Shown piece by piece: positions 41,770 through 52,200 of a stretch of 64,000 nt of DNA. The stretch is taken from IMG/VR virus record IMGVR_UViG_3300037400_003843, positions 9,671-73,670 of that record; one strand, 5' to 3'. Position 1 is the stretch's first letter. Every line of letters begins with the position of its first letter. The position numbers and the translations under genes were made by a program. This DNA comes from a virus (lineage: Duplodnaviria; Caudoviricetes). The notes below the pieces were generated by a model. The model was given only the letters and a program-made list of their open reading frames with translations, was not told the DNA's origin and did no database searches.

Positions 41770-44700
41770 ATGGCAGTTGAAATACCGGTAGTAATCGACA
41801 TAGACGGTGCGTTCGAGGATGCTGCTAAAAGAATCCGCCAGGACATGAAGCAGCTACAGGACGCTGTCGATAAGAACGCCGTAAAAATACGGGTAGACAA
41901 CACGAGCATAAAAGACTTTAATGCTGAGCTTGAGGCGCTTAATGAGTGGTACCGTGAGCTTGAGAGCGCGGAATGGTCTAAAATCGGCCAAAAGCTTGAT
42001 TTAGGCCCAACCATCAACCGGGCCATTTTAGAGCTACAGAGACTCGAGAAGGAAATTAATACCATTCAGGAACTCCGTTGGTCTGAGGGCGGCGGTGGAG
42101 ATTTTTCTTTTGCCGAAGAATACCACAGGCTCAAAGAGCAAATTGTCGAGGCGAAGAAAGAGGTTCTGGCGCTAGAACAGACACAGCAAAAATTGTCGAA
42201 CGCCGTTGGTATTAACACTGCCGAGCACATAGAAAACCTCTCGAGGACTAACATCGAGCTCCTTCAGATGCAGGAATACTACAAGCGCATCGAACAGGAG
42301 TCTATGCGTTTGTCAAACAGCGTAAACGGATACCATGCTAGAATAGCAGAACTCAACGAGCTTTGGAACAGCATGACGGCCTCCGAGCGGGAGTCTGCCG
42401 AGGGCAGCGAAATAAGAAGAAAGTATGAGGAAGAGATAAAGGCTCTCGAAACAGAAGCGCAGACACTTGGCCAGCTTCACCAAAAAGAAGTTGAGCGAGT
42501 TCAGGATGCAAAGAGGGCGGCCGAAGAGCGCAGGAGGGAAGCCGAAAAAGCAGCAGAGGCGGAAAGAAAGGAACTCGAACGTATAAACAACCTTCGCCAG
42601 AAAGGCATCCAGTCTCGCCGCTACGAGAATGCAATCCTTAACTCGACGGTTAAGACCATGCGCGTTCTTCAGGAGCAGGAGAGGATTTTGTCCGACAGGC
42701 TAAACAAGACTACGTTTGGTTCGAGAAAATACAAGCAGCTTCAGGCTGATTTGGAGGGTGTCCGTGCTCAGATACAGGCTCTCAACGGCGGGCTCACTGC
42801 GCAGTCCACTATATTGAGCAACCTGTCTACTATGGCCTCTACGTACGTCTCCCTGTTTGGCGTACTCAGGCTTGCGAAGCAGATTCGAGATGTGACCGGC
42901 GAGTTGGAGTATCAGCGCGTCGCACTCGGTCACCTTATCCAGGACGAGGAGTACGGAGCAAAGCTATTTGAACAGATCAAGGCTGCCGCAATCGAGTCTC
43001 CGTTCCGTATTAAGGACCTCGTGACGTACACAAAGCAACTGGCCGCATATCGTATTGAGCAGGAGAATCTGTTCGATACAACTCAGCGCCTTGCGGATAT
43101 ATCTGCCGGACTTGGCGTTGATATGAATCGCCTTATTTTGGCGTTCGGTCAGGTTCGCGCAGCTTCCGTGCTTCGCGGACAGGAATTGCGCCAATTTACG
43201 GAAGCCGGTATTCCTCTTGTTGAATTGCTTGCTGAAAAAATGGGCGAGCTCAATAAGACGACCTACTCGACGGCCGACGTGTTTAAGTTAATCTCAGAGC
43301 GAGCCGTTCCGTTCTCTGCCATTGCGGAAATATTCGAGGACTTAACGGAAAAAGGAGGAATGTTCTATGAAATGCAGGAGAGGCAGGCCGAAACGCTTAA
43401 AGGCCGTTGGGAGAAACTCAAGGACGCGTTTGATATTGGCCTGCAAACTGCCGGTGAGACAAAAACCTTCGAATGGCAAAATAAACTTGTCCTGGATATC
43501 CTGAACATTCTAGCACAGAATATCAATCTTGTTCCAAAGGTCATTGAGGCTTTGGGTTACGCCTGGGCTTCTTATACCGTCGTAGCGAAGCTTGTGAATC
43601 GTAGGAATAAAGAGATTGTTAAGTCTAACTACGAGTTGCTTAGCACGGAGCAGCTTAAGCAGGCTGGCGTAAGCAAGACTGCAATTAGTTTCTTTGGTGA
43701 GGCTCGTGCTTCAAGGATGCTTTTAAAGTCAAATGCTGCCCTGGCAGCGTCTAATGGGTTCCTGGCGAAAACATTTGCGAGATTAAGACTTGCTATGCTC
43801 ACAAACCCGTATGCTGCTGTTGCGGGGGCTGTATTCGGCTTGGTTTCTTTGTTTTCTTTCTGGAACACAAAAACAAAGGAGACTACTACTTCGTTTGATG
43901 AACTCGATAAGAGCATAGAAGACGTATCGCAGTCCACAAAGAAGTTCAACAGGGCCGAAAAACTTATCGACCGGTATAAAGATCTTGCGTCGAAAAAGGA
44001 GCGAACGACAGAGGAGAATGACAAACTTCAAAAGACAATGTCTAACCTCATCTCTTTGTTCCCGGAACTCGCCGACGCTATTACTTTGGAGAATGAAAGT
44101 CTGGACAAGAATGTTGCGTTGCTTGAGAGCAGGAATAAAGCACTGCTTCAGCAAAGTAAGGACAGGGCAACTGCTAGCCTTAATCTTGCCAGGGCTGACC
44201 TAGAAAAGTATAATAAAGAGGTCGTAAAGGCGGATAAAGAATGGGCTGCAGCCGAAGCAAAGGCGGCAGCTATACTCGACGGCAAGAGGTACGAGGAGCT
44301 TTATAAGTCACAACAGAAGATGTATGATGAGCTCCGCGAACAGGCTGATAATGAGGCGAAGAAAAGAGATGATGCCATCAAGAGGAGAGATAATACCGCA
44401 AAGCGTATAGAAACGCTTGAGAGGTACTTGAACCCGCTCGGAAATACGCTGTTTGAAACCGCGTGGCAAAATACTTTGGCAAGGTTAAAAGACGTGAAGC
44501 TTGGTGAAAAAACCATCAACCTTATTGGTGAGGAAGACATTCGCGGATACGAATCAATCTATAAAGCACTCACGAAGATTGACAAGGCGTACAAGGATAG
44601 CTCTAATAGTTTGAAGGAAATGAGAGCGTCCTTGTCATCCGTTGCCGCTGAATACAGGGAGCAAGCCGAGGAGGAAATTGCCGTTGAACAAGCCAGGCGT

Positions 44701-47700
44701 GATGGTTACAAGAAGATTCTTGATACGTTTGGATACATTTCTTCCATGGATAAAAAGAAAGGTGTTTCCGATCTGACTCTTTTGAAAGAAGAACTGAAGA
44801 TCGTTCAGGATATCTACAAAAGGTACCAGGAGTTTGAAAAGTATCTCGGAAAAGGAGAGGCTCGCAGAAAAATAGAAGAAATCTACGGCAATGTTACCGC
44901 TATAGACTTTCTCGACCCGGAGTCATTTAAGCAAAGAATATCGACTATTCTTAAGGAGCTTCGCCGGCTCCAGGGACGCATTACTTCTGGTGCCCAAAAT
45001 ATTACAAAAGAGTACTTTGACGACCTTAAGAAGACCATCAAAAAGAACGAAGGATTCAGAGAGGATGCGTATAAACTAGCAGGAGAGCCTTACTATACTA
45101 TTGGTTATGGCTTTTATAAGAATCTTCCGGACGGTCGAAAGATTACTAAAGATATGAAGCTAACCAGGGAAGAGGCTGACAAGCTCCTTGACCTTGGTAT
45201 AGAGACCCGTATCAAGTATGTCAATGAGCAAATAAGAAAATACGGAGAGGGCCTTGTGCTGAACGAGAAGCAAATGAATGTGCTTGTCGATCTCGCATAC
45301 CAAAGCGCCCACGGGGTTGAGCGTGTCCTTAAGGAGGCCGGCGGAGATACTAACAGAATTACTGAAGCTCTTAAGTCTGCAGCGTCTGATTTCTTAGTGT
45401 CAAACGATGCCGATATAAAGGCTGGTGTCAAAAAACGTGACATGCGTCGAGCTGAGGCTTTCGCGAAAGCAATGGCCGAACAGACAGAAGATAGCGACGC
45501 AGTTGCACAGGCCGTAGGGGAGGCTGAAAAGCTTGTTCAGGACGTAGACTGGGACGAGTTTAAAAAATCTCTTGATGAAAAACTGAAACAAGTTTCCGAC
45601 GAGATCAAGCGCTCCGAGGCGGCTAGGAATTTCTATAAGAACATTCTTGACCTTACTGGCGACGAGGGGCTTGCGACAACTATGACTGTTTCTGTATACG
45701 GAGGTATCGGAGAGGATTTTAAAGACCGGATTAAAAAGCAGCTTGTCGATTCTCTCAGTTCGCTTGATGCTAATACATTCGCTGGCTTGGATGATGCTAT
45801 TCGTAACGCATTTGACGAAGGTGACTACGAGTATCTTATGAAGAACCTCGAAAAGGTTCCAGAAAAGCTTCGTGATGTTGTTAAACAGGTCGCAAGCGAC
45901 GCAGAGAAGTACAATGCCGATTTATTGAGGAACTTCGCTGACCTGGTGTCCAAGTACGGTGATACCGCTCAGAAGATTGCCACGATAAGGGCAAAAGCGG
46001 AGAACGATATTAAAAAGGTAAAGGATGCTCTCGAACTGAGCCTCAAGGATACGAAACTCACACCAGAAGAAAGAGAATCCTTGAAGAAACGAGCCGACGA
46101 GGTCATTAAAGCTCTTGAGGCGCAGAGAAACCTTGATATTTTTAAGGCCAGCGATGATTATATCAAGTTTTTTGCCGAGCTTAATGTGATGACTGCGGAC
46201 CAGGCTGCTCTGGTTCGTACTAAGCTTCGTGATGCTTATCTAAAGGCATTCCATGATGGTGCTATTTCTGCAGACGAGCTCAGCAAGAACTTGCGAGCTA
46301 TCGATACCCAGTTTAGGAAGCTAACGCAAAGTTCAAGTCTCCTCGAGTCTTACCTTGATGGTGGTTTTGATAAGGCAAATGAAAAACTGCAGGAGTATGC
46401 CGACAATGTTGCCGTTTTAGCCCAGAAAATGAAGTCAGGGAAGGAACTCAGTGCTGATGAGCAAAATTTTGCCACAAAGATGCTATCTCAGTTTGGCAGC
46501 GGTAGTACGGCGAATATTGAAAGCTATCAGCAACTAATTCAGGCTTTTTCTGGAGAGGGTGGAGGTCTTGAGGCTGCCGGCGAAGCTTTCGGGCAAATGG
46601 GAGAGGGTATGTCAGCAATGGCTGCAAACGGCCCTGGGGCCCTTGCTATCGTCGATGCTATTTTCAAGGCTGTGCATGCTACAATTAGTGGAATCCAGCA
46701 GATAATCGACCAGCTGAATGAAGTTCGCTCCGAAGAAAATAAGATTGGTGAATGGTTTAAATACATATCTGATTTTGATAGGTATACATTCTCTGGGTGG
46801 GAAAAATTGAAGTCCGGTGATGCTATAGGTGCAACAGTTGATGCTATTAGTTCTTGGATTTCAATTTTTACAAATGTTCAAAAAGACAAGGTTAAAAAAT
46901 TCAACGACCAGATTAAGGAACAGGGAACTTTATTAGAAGACCTCGAATATGAATATTCGAGACTTGGCGTGGCGATAGAAAAGTCTTCCGGCTCCGACTA
47001 TATCGCCAACTACAACCAGCAGATATCTGTCCTGCAGGCCCAGGCTGAGGCTTATCGTAAGCAGGCTGAGCTTGAGAGAAAGAAGGGTAAATCGGCCGAC
47101 GAAGACACTGCCAAGGGCTACGAAAAGTCTGCCCGCGATGTCGAGGACCAGATTGCCGACATGCAGTCTCAGCTGTCCGAGTTCTTCACCGGCTCTGACC
47201 TTACGAGCGCAGCCAGGGACTTTGCCGATGCCTGGATTGAGGCGTACAAGCAGTTCGGGAACACCACCGACGCGATGAAGGAGAAGTTCAGCGAGATGAT
47301 TGAGAACATGGTTGTCAACTCCCTGGCCGCCCAGCTCATCCAGGGTATCCTGAAGCCGGTGTTCGACCAAATTGACTTGGCCTCAAAGGACGGCGAGTTG
47401 ACGGCCCAGGAGATTGGCGCCATTTCCGCTATGCTCCCTGAGCGTATGCGTATGATTGACGACTCCATGCTGACGATGATGAACCAGCTTACCTCGGCCG
47501 GCATCAACCTGCGCGAACAGGCCGGCCAGTTTACCGGCATCTCCAGGGACATCGCAGGGGCTTCCGAGGAGAGCATTACGGGTCTGGCCGCCGGCATCAA
47601 TACGCAGAACTTCTACATCTCGCACATCGACGCGAATGTGGCCGCCATACTTGCTACGCTCACGGGCGGGGCTTCTACGGCCGGCGCTTCGGTTACCGGC

Positions 47701-47853
47701 GAGTATGTGGACCCGTACAAGGACCAGATGCTTGCTTACGCCGCGTACATCCCGATGGTGCATGACGAGGTTGCGACAATCCATACGCTGCTGAGCCGGG
47801 TAATCCAGCCAAGGACGGCAAAACCGGATTATGTATTGCACACTAATTTATAA
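41770..47853 (+). CDS. Tape measure protein with an embedded GH24 lysozyme-like domain
   Basis: 2027 aa helical; tape-measure core (LAAYRIEQENLFDTT...LADISAG...RQFTEAGIP); NEGFREDAY...TIGYG...RRAEAF at about 45040-45465. Confidence 0.9.
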   Translation: MAVEIPVVIDIDGAFEDAAKRIRQDMKQLQDAVDKNAVKIRVDNTSIKDFNAELEALNEWYRELESAEWSKIGQKLDLGPTINRAILELQRLEKEINTIQELRWSEGGGGDFSFAEEYHRLKEQIVEAKKEVLALEQTQQKLSNAVGINTAEHIENLSRTNIELLQMQEYYKRIEQESMRLSNSVNGYHARIAELNELWNSMTASERESAEGSEIRRKYEEEIKALETEAQTLGQLHQKEVERVQDAKRAAEERRREAEKAAEAERKELERINNLRQKGIQSRRYENAILNSTVKTMRVLQEQERILSDRLNKTTFGSRKYKQLQADLEGVRAQIQALNGGLTAQSTILSNLSTMASTYVSLFGVLRLAKQIRDVTGELEYQRVALGHLIQDEEYGAKLFEQIKAAAIESPFRIKDLVTYTKQLAAYRIEQENLFDTTQRLADISAGLGVDMNRLILAFGQVRAASVLRGQELRQFTEAGIPLVELLAEKMGELNKTTYSTADVFKLISERAVPFSAIAEIFEDLTEKGGMFYEMQERQAETLKGRWEKLKDAFDIGLQTAGETKTFEWQNKLVLDILNILAQNINLVPKVIEALGYAWASYTVVAKLVNRRNKEIVKSNYELLSTEQLKQAGVSKTAISFFGEARASRMLLKSNAALAASNGFLAKTFARLRLAMLTNPYAAVAGAVFGLVSLFSFWNTKTKETTTSFDELDKSIEDVSQSTKKFNRAEKLIDRYKDLASKKERTTEENDKLQKTMSNLISLFPELADAITLENESLDKNVALLESRNKALLQQSKDRATASLNLARADLEKYNKEVVKADKEWAAAEAKAAAILDGKRYEELYKSQQKMYDELREQADNEAKKRDDAIKRRDNTAKRIETLERYLNPLGNTLFETAWQNTLARLKDVKLGEKTINLIGEEDIRGYESIYKALTKIDKAYKDSSNSLKEMRASLSSVAAEYREQAEEEIAVEQARRDGYKKILDTFGYISSMDKKKGVSDLTLLKEELKIVQDIYKRYQEFEKYLGKGEARRKIEEIYGNVTAIDFLDPESFKQRISTILKELRRLQGRITSGAQNITKEYFDDLKKTIKKNEGFREDAYKLAGEPYYTIGYGFYKNLPDGRKITKDMKLTREEADKLLDLGIETRIKYVNEQIRKYGEGLVLNEKQMNVLVDLAYQSAHGVERVLKEAGGDTNRITEALKSAASDFLVSNDADIKAGVKKRDMRRAEAFAKAMAEQTEDSDAVAQAVGEAEKLVQDVDWDEFKKSLDEKLKQVSDEIKRSEAARNFYKNILDLTGDEGLATTMTVSVYGGIGEDFKDRIKKQLVDSLSSLDANTFAGLDDAIRNAFDEGDYEYLMKNLEKVPEKLRDVVKQVASDAEKYNADLLRNFADLVSKYGDTAQKIATIRAKAENDIKKVKDALELSLKDTKLTPEERESLKKRADEVIKALEAQRNLDIFKASDDYIKFFAELNVMTADQAALVRTKLRDAYLKAFHDGAISADELSKNLRAIDTQFRKLTQSSSLLESYLDGGFDKANEKLQEYADNVAVLAQKMKSGKELSADEQNFATKMLSQFGSGSTANIESYQQLIQAFSGEGGGLEAAGEAFGQMGEGMSAMAANGPGALAIVDAIFKAVHATISGIQQIIDQLNEVRSEENKIGEWFKYISDFDRYTFSGWEKLKSGDAIGATVDAISSWISIFTNVQKDKVKKFNDQIKEQGTLLEDLEYEYSRLGVAIEKSSGSDYIANYNQQISVLQAQAEAYRKQAELERKKGKSADEDTAKGYEKSARDVEDQIADMQSQLSEFFTGSDLTSAARDFADAWIEAYKQFGNTTDAMKEKFSEMIENMVVNSLAAQLIQGILKPVFDQIDLASKDGELTAQEIGAISAMLPERMRMIDDSMLTMMNQLTSAGINLREQAGQFTGISRDIAGASEESITGLAAGINTQNFYISHIDANVAAILATLTGGASTAGASVTGEYVDPYKDQMLAYAAYIPMVHDEVATIHTLLSRVIQPRTAKPDYVLHTNL

Positions 47854-47891
47854 ATTGCTATATTTGCACGGAGGAAAAATCTCATATCCAT

Positions 47892-47925
47892 AAACCCGGC
47901 CGGTTGCGAAATCCGCTGGGTTTTT
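47892..47925 (+). terminator. Intrinsic terminator after the TMP
   Basis: AAACCCGGC...GCTGGGTTTTT. Confidence 0.65.
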
Positions 47926-47964
47926 CTTTGCATTTTACGGAAGTTTTTTTATCTTTGCGACAGA

Positions 47965-48444
47965 ATGAAAAACCAGTGGCATAGACAACTTCGCAGGGAG
48001 GCATCGGCGCACCACATGTGTGCCGAGAATCGCTCCGCTCTGGAAAACATTTCCGACAAGGGCGAAGCGATTGCCTTGTACAAGAAGACGATTGACTGGG
48101 CCCTGGAGGAAGGCTATCCGTGCATGGAAACGCTCCGTAGCGAGTTTTCAGGCTGCGAGGCTTACGGCATCTTCGTCGATAAGGTCTTCCACGGCGAGAG
48201 GCTGGATGACCAGCAGGTCTATGTCTTCCACAACTGCTCCGGAACTATCCGTACCGGTCTGAATGTCCAGAAGAGAATAATCCCCATGCTGTACTTCGCC
48301 AACGGATGCAACATGGATGTGAAGCCTATCAGCGAGACGGCACCGAAAGTGCGCGTCCCGCTTTATATTTTTGGTCCTAACCGGGTCAATGCCGAGCAGT
48401 CCGACAATATTGAGTGTGTAACCCATAAATTCGAGGTCAAGTAA
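47965..48444 (+). CDS. Conserved hypothetical phage protein
   Basis: 159 aa; promoter TATCTTTG at 47950-57. Confidence 0.7.
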   Translation: MKNQWHRQLRREASAHHMCAENRSALENISDKGEAIALYKKTIDWALEEGYPCMETLRSEFSGCEAYGIFVDKVFHGERLDDQQVYVFHNCSGTIRTGLNVQKRIIPMLYFANGCNMDVKPISETAPKVRVPLYIFGPNRVNAEQSDNIECVTHKFEVK

Positions 48445-48446
48445 CC

Positions 48447-48818
48447 ATGGAAAGCTCAGTTATTATAGAAATACTTAAGGACATCGGGCTTCCGATAGTC
48501 ACTGCCGTTGGCGGCTGGTTCGCTTCTGTCTGGAGAAACAAGCAAAAGAAAGAGGGTGACATCCTTGACAATGTGAAACAGATTCTCGAGTCCCAGAAGC
48601 AGTACATCGCGGACCAGGACAAGGAGAACAAGAAGACCCGCGACATGAACGCCAGGCTCGAAAAGGAGCTTAGACAGAAGAGCTTTTCCATCCGTCGGGC
48701 CAACAGCTGTAAGTACACGGCAGAGGGAGACGGATGTCCGGTCCTGGCTCACGAAGAAGAGATGGAAGAGAAATGTAAAAACTGCGAAATGAACAGCCAT
48801 GATAAAGGCACAGATTAA
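48447..48818 (+). CDS. Single-TM coiled-coil protein (holin/lysis-accessory-like)
   Basis: N-terminal IGLPIVTAVGGWF helix, coiled coil, Cys-rich tail. Confidence 0.5.
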   Translation: MESSVIIEILKDIGLPIVTAVGGWFASVWRNKQKKEGDILDNVKQILESQKQYIADQDKENKKTRDMNARLEKELRQKSFSIRRANSCKYTAEGDGCPVLAHEEEMEEKCKNCEMNSHDKGTD

Positions 48819-49281
48819 GATAGGTTCTGGAAGCATCGTATACACGGACGAGGCTTACGGCCTTGTCTACCTCGATTCGGATAAGCGCACATCCGCTCCC
48901 ATCAAGGGCTTCGAGAAGACAGCCTACCCGGAGGAGGAGGGCGAGCATATCATGCCTAAGACCGTCGACGACGCATTCGATTACAAGGTCAAGTTCTTCA
49001 TTCAGGCGAGTTCTCTTGCGACTTCCAATGCCAGGGTTAAGGCTTTCAACGACGCTGTCCTTCCACTTGACCCGCAGACCGGCATCCGTACGGCCGCCCA
49101 GGTCGAGTTCTATAACCTGTACAAGCGAAACAAGATAGTCGGATACTGCGAACCGATGGCTGAGCCGACGGAGTTCTGGCGCGATCCGACCAATCAGGTC
49201 AACGATGTCGTCGTGGTCGAGCTGACCATACATGTACCGAAGCCCAGCCTCTGCGACTTTAACTACCAGCCGAGCCTATGA
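48799..49281 (+). CDS. Distal tail (Dit-like) protein
   Basis: Position before the tail-tip gene; YPEEEGE motif. Confidence 0.6.
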   Translation: MIKAQIKIGSGSIVYTDEAYGLVYLDSDKRTSAPIKGFEKTAYPEEEGEHIMPKTVDDAFDYKVKFFIQASSLATSNARVKAFNDAVLPLDPQTGIRTAAQVEFYNLYKRNKIVGYCEPMAEPTEFWRDPTNQVNDVVVVELTIHVPKPSLCDFNYQPSL

Positions 49282-52200
49282 TACCCTCTATAACCGAAGT
49301 CAACTTCCCGTCCTACGCGACATTGCACCAGGCAACCGTTTCCTTGCAGGAGATGGGTGAGCGGACCATTACGACCCAGGTCAGGATAGACGGCTCCGTG
49401 ACGCCCAGCTTCGAAGGCTGGGAACTGCGTTTCAAAGGCGAGCGCTTCGTTCTCCCTACGAGGACTCCTCAGGCGGCCAAGGATAACACGACAAAGAATG
49501 CCCTGGTCGACCTAACTTTTCAGTCCTGGGCGATTGAACAGCTCAAGCACTATTTCTTTGTATCCCTCAGTGAATACGAGACCGGAAAATTCATTCCGGA
49601 CCAGTATAACGCATCAGTCATCCTCCCTCTCGAGAGCTTCGTCCAGCTTTTCAACCGCGTGCTCCAGTATTACTTCGGCACCGGCATCCGCATGGACCTC
49701 TTCGGAGCAGGGACGGGCATCTACTCTACCCAGCCGGTATCGGTCGAAATCAATAAGACCTATATCTGGGATGTCCTCATCAAGTTCTACGAGCTTTTCG
49801 ATGTCCGCTGGTACATAGAGTACGAGCAGGCCACGGGTGCCTATGTCATCAAGGTTGGATACGCAGTAGATGCTATCACCGACCACGACTTCGAATACGG
49901 ATACAATGGCGGTTTGCTGAAGTTTGAGCGCAATGTCCAGGACGCAGATGTCCGTAATATCCTGCTCGGTCGAGGCGGAGAGAAGAACCTTCCTTACAGG
50001 TACTTTAAGTTGCAGGAGGACCCGCAGAACCAGGAATGGGCCGCAGATCCTGACGCTATTCCCGAGCTCGCAAATATCTACTTTGACCGGCTCCGCGATA
50101 TCAACTTCCGCTGGTATGTCCGAGGCTGGATGCAGAATCCGCACAGGGACACCTCCTGGGATGCAACCCACACATTCCCGCAGTACACAGAGTCTCAGTG
50201 CCCGGCCGAGCACCTCTTTGCGTTCCGGCTTGGCAAGACTGACGCGAAGTTCAATCCGGTCGAATATGTCAAGGACGACGCGTCCATCACCAAGTACGGA
50301 GAACGCTGGGGCGCCGTGGAGGATAACGACGAGGTGTTCCCCACCATTCAGGGCATGACTGGAACAGGCATCGGCCGCGTGGACGAGTGCGTGGATGTTT
50401 CCGACATCGTTACGGACGACATCGAGGCCGCAGTGACCGAGGCCGCTACCGTAAGGACCATCGCCGGCGAGATAACCATCACGAAGGACTTCTCCGCAAA
50501 CGAGCAGAAGACCGATGTGCTGAAAAGTGAACAGTTCACCATTCCGTCCGGAAGCACTGGTAACCTGTCCGCACCCTGGCTGAACCCGATAGCACAGGAC
50601 GGAGCAGGAATTGCCCTTGTCAGCGTGAACACCACTCTCAGTTCGGTCAAGGCCGTCAGGGTCGATAACGGGACCGAGTATGACATCGACACTCCAGGTG
50701 GATTCCCTGCAGGTACATACTACGCCAAGATTACCGTAGTCGTCAAGAACTACAACACCTCTTCCGGATATAGCAATGTCACATACGGCCTGCAGTCACT
50801 CGACCTTACCGTATCGACACCGAACACTGAGGCCTGGAAGCCCACTTTCGACATCTGGGTCAAGAACATCTGGGAGACAACGCAGGGCCAGAGCGAGACC
50901 GATGAGCAGTACGCTGCCCGCGTTTGGGAGCCTATCCTTGGCGACCGGGTCGGCAACGAGGCCAAGCTGGTTTTCTCTGACGGCTTCATGTCCGTCAGCC
51001 AGGACTACGAGTTTACCATAGCATCCTATCCCGTTAAGGACAGGAGCAAGTCCATCAACGGGGTCCAGTCCGAGTGGAAGATAACGCTATTCAAGTCCGA
51101 TGCTGAATTCAAGGCAACGGGCCTGTATGTGCCGAACGCTACGACGGGAGGTAAGCCTGCTGCAGGCGACCACTTCTTCTTCATCGGCATCGACATGCCG
51201 TTCTTGTATGTAACCAAGGCTGAGGAACTGCTTAACGGAGCCACTATGACTCCAGCGGCAAATAAGACAGCGGCCCTCTCGGACCTAGCCGATGTGCAGC
51301 CCACTTGGGTCATATCTCTCGACAAGGTCCGCGTCCATACGCTCGAGGACGGCGAATACGGGCAGACCCTGGCGGAAAGGCTTTCTGCAGGGGCTACGGT
51401 GCGCATCAAAGACAGCCGCTTCACTGGAGGCCAGGCCCTTACGCTCTATGTAAAGAGCATTACATACACCTGGAACGAGCCGACTACGGGTAACCCGTAC
51501 CTCGTTCCGGATATCGAGGTAGTCCTGTCCGACACTGTCCTTTCTGCGGAAGGAACCGTGACGAGGGTAGCAAATGAGCTTAATGTCGTGAAGACCACCT
51601 ACGCCAAGAGCGCAGACATCGAGAGCACCGTCCGGGCCGTAGGTAATGCACTCTTCCTCAAGAAGACCGGCGAGTCTGACCGGTCGTCTTCCCCTACTCA
51701 GTTCGCCAGCAAGGTGACAAGCATGTCCTTCCGACAGGGCGATATCGGCGGTAAGGGATGGGGCTTCTATGATGAGGAGCCAGCGAAGGTCCAGGCCGTT
51801 ACTAGAGCGACCAGGGCGGCTGCGACGGAAACGGAAGAGAAGGGCAACTCGGTCCTCGAGATAGACAAGCTCGTCGTCCGAAAGGAGATGAGGGTCAACT
51901 CTCTCGTAGCAAACCAGATTGCTTATGTCGGCGGCCGGCAGATTGTCTCTGCCGCAGCTATTGAGTGCACTCAGGTCGTGGACGATCAGGCCGGATACTA
52001 CTGCTACTTCAACCAGAAGCAGGGAACTGTGGCCAACCTGTTCGTAGTCGGAGACTTCGCCATGGGCCAGATGTTCGACCCGAATAACCTCGAGGTGCGC
52101 TACTATAAGGCCCGCGTTAACGAGATAGGATCGAACTATATCCTTCTGTCCAAGACCGTTAAGGACGGAGATGGAGTACCGGCCGTAGGCGATACGATTG

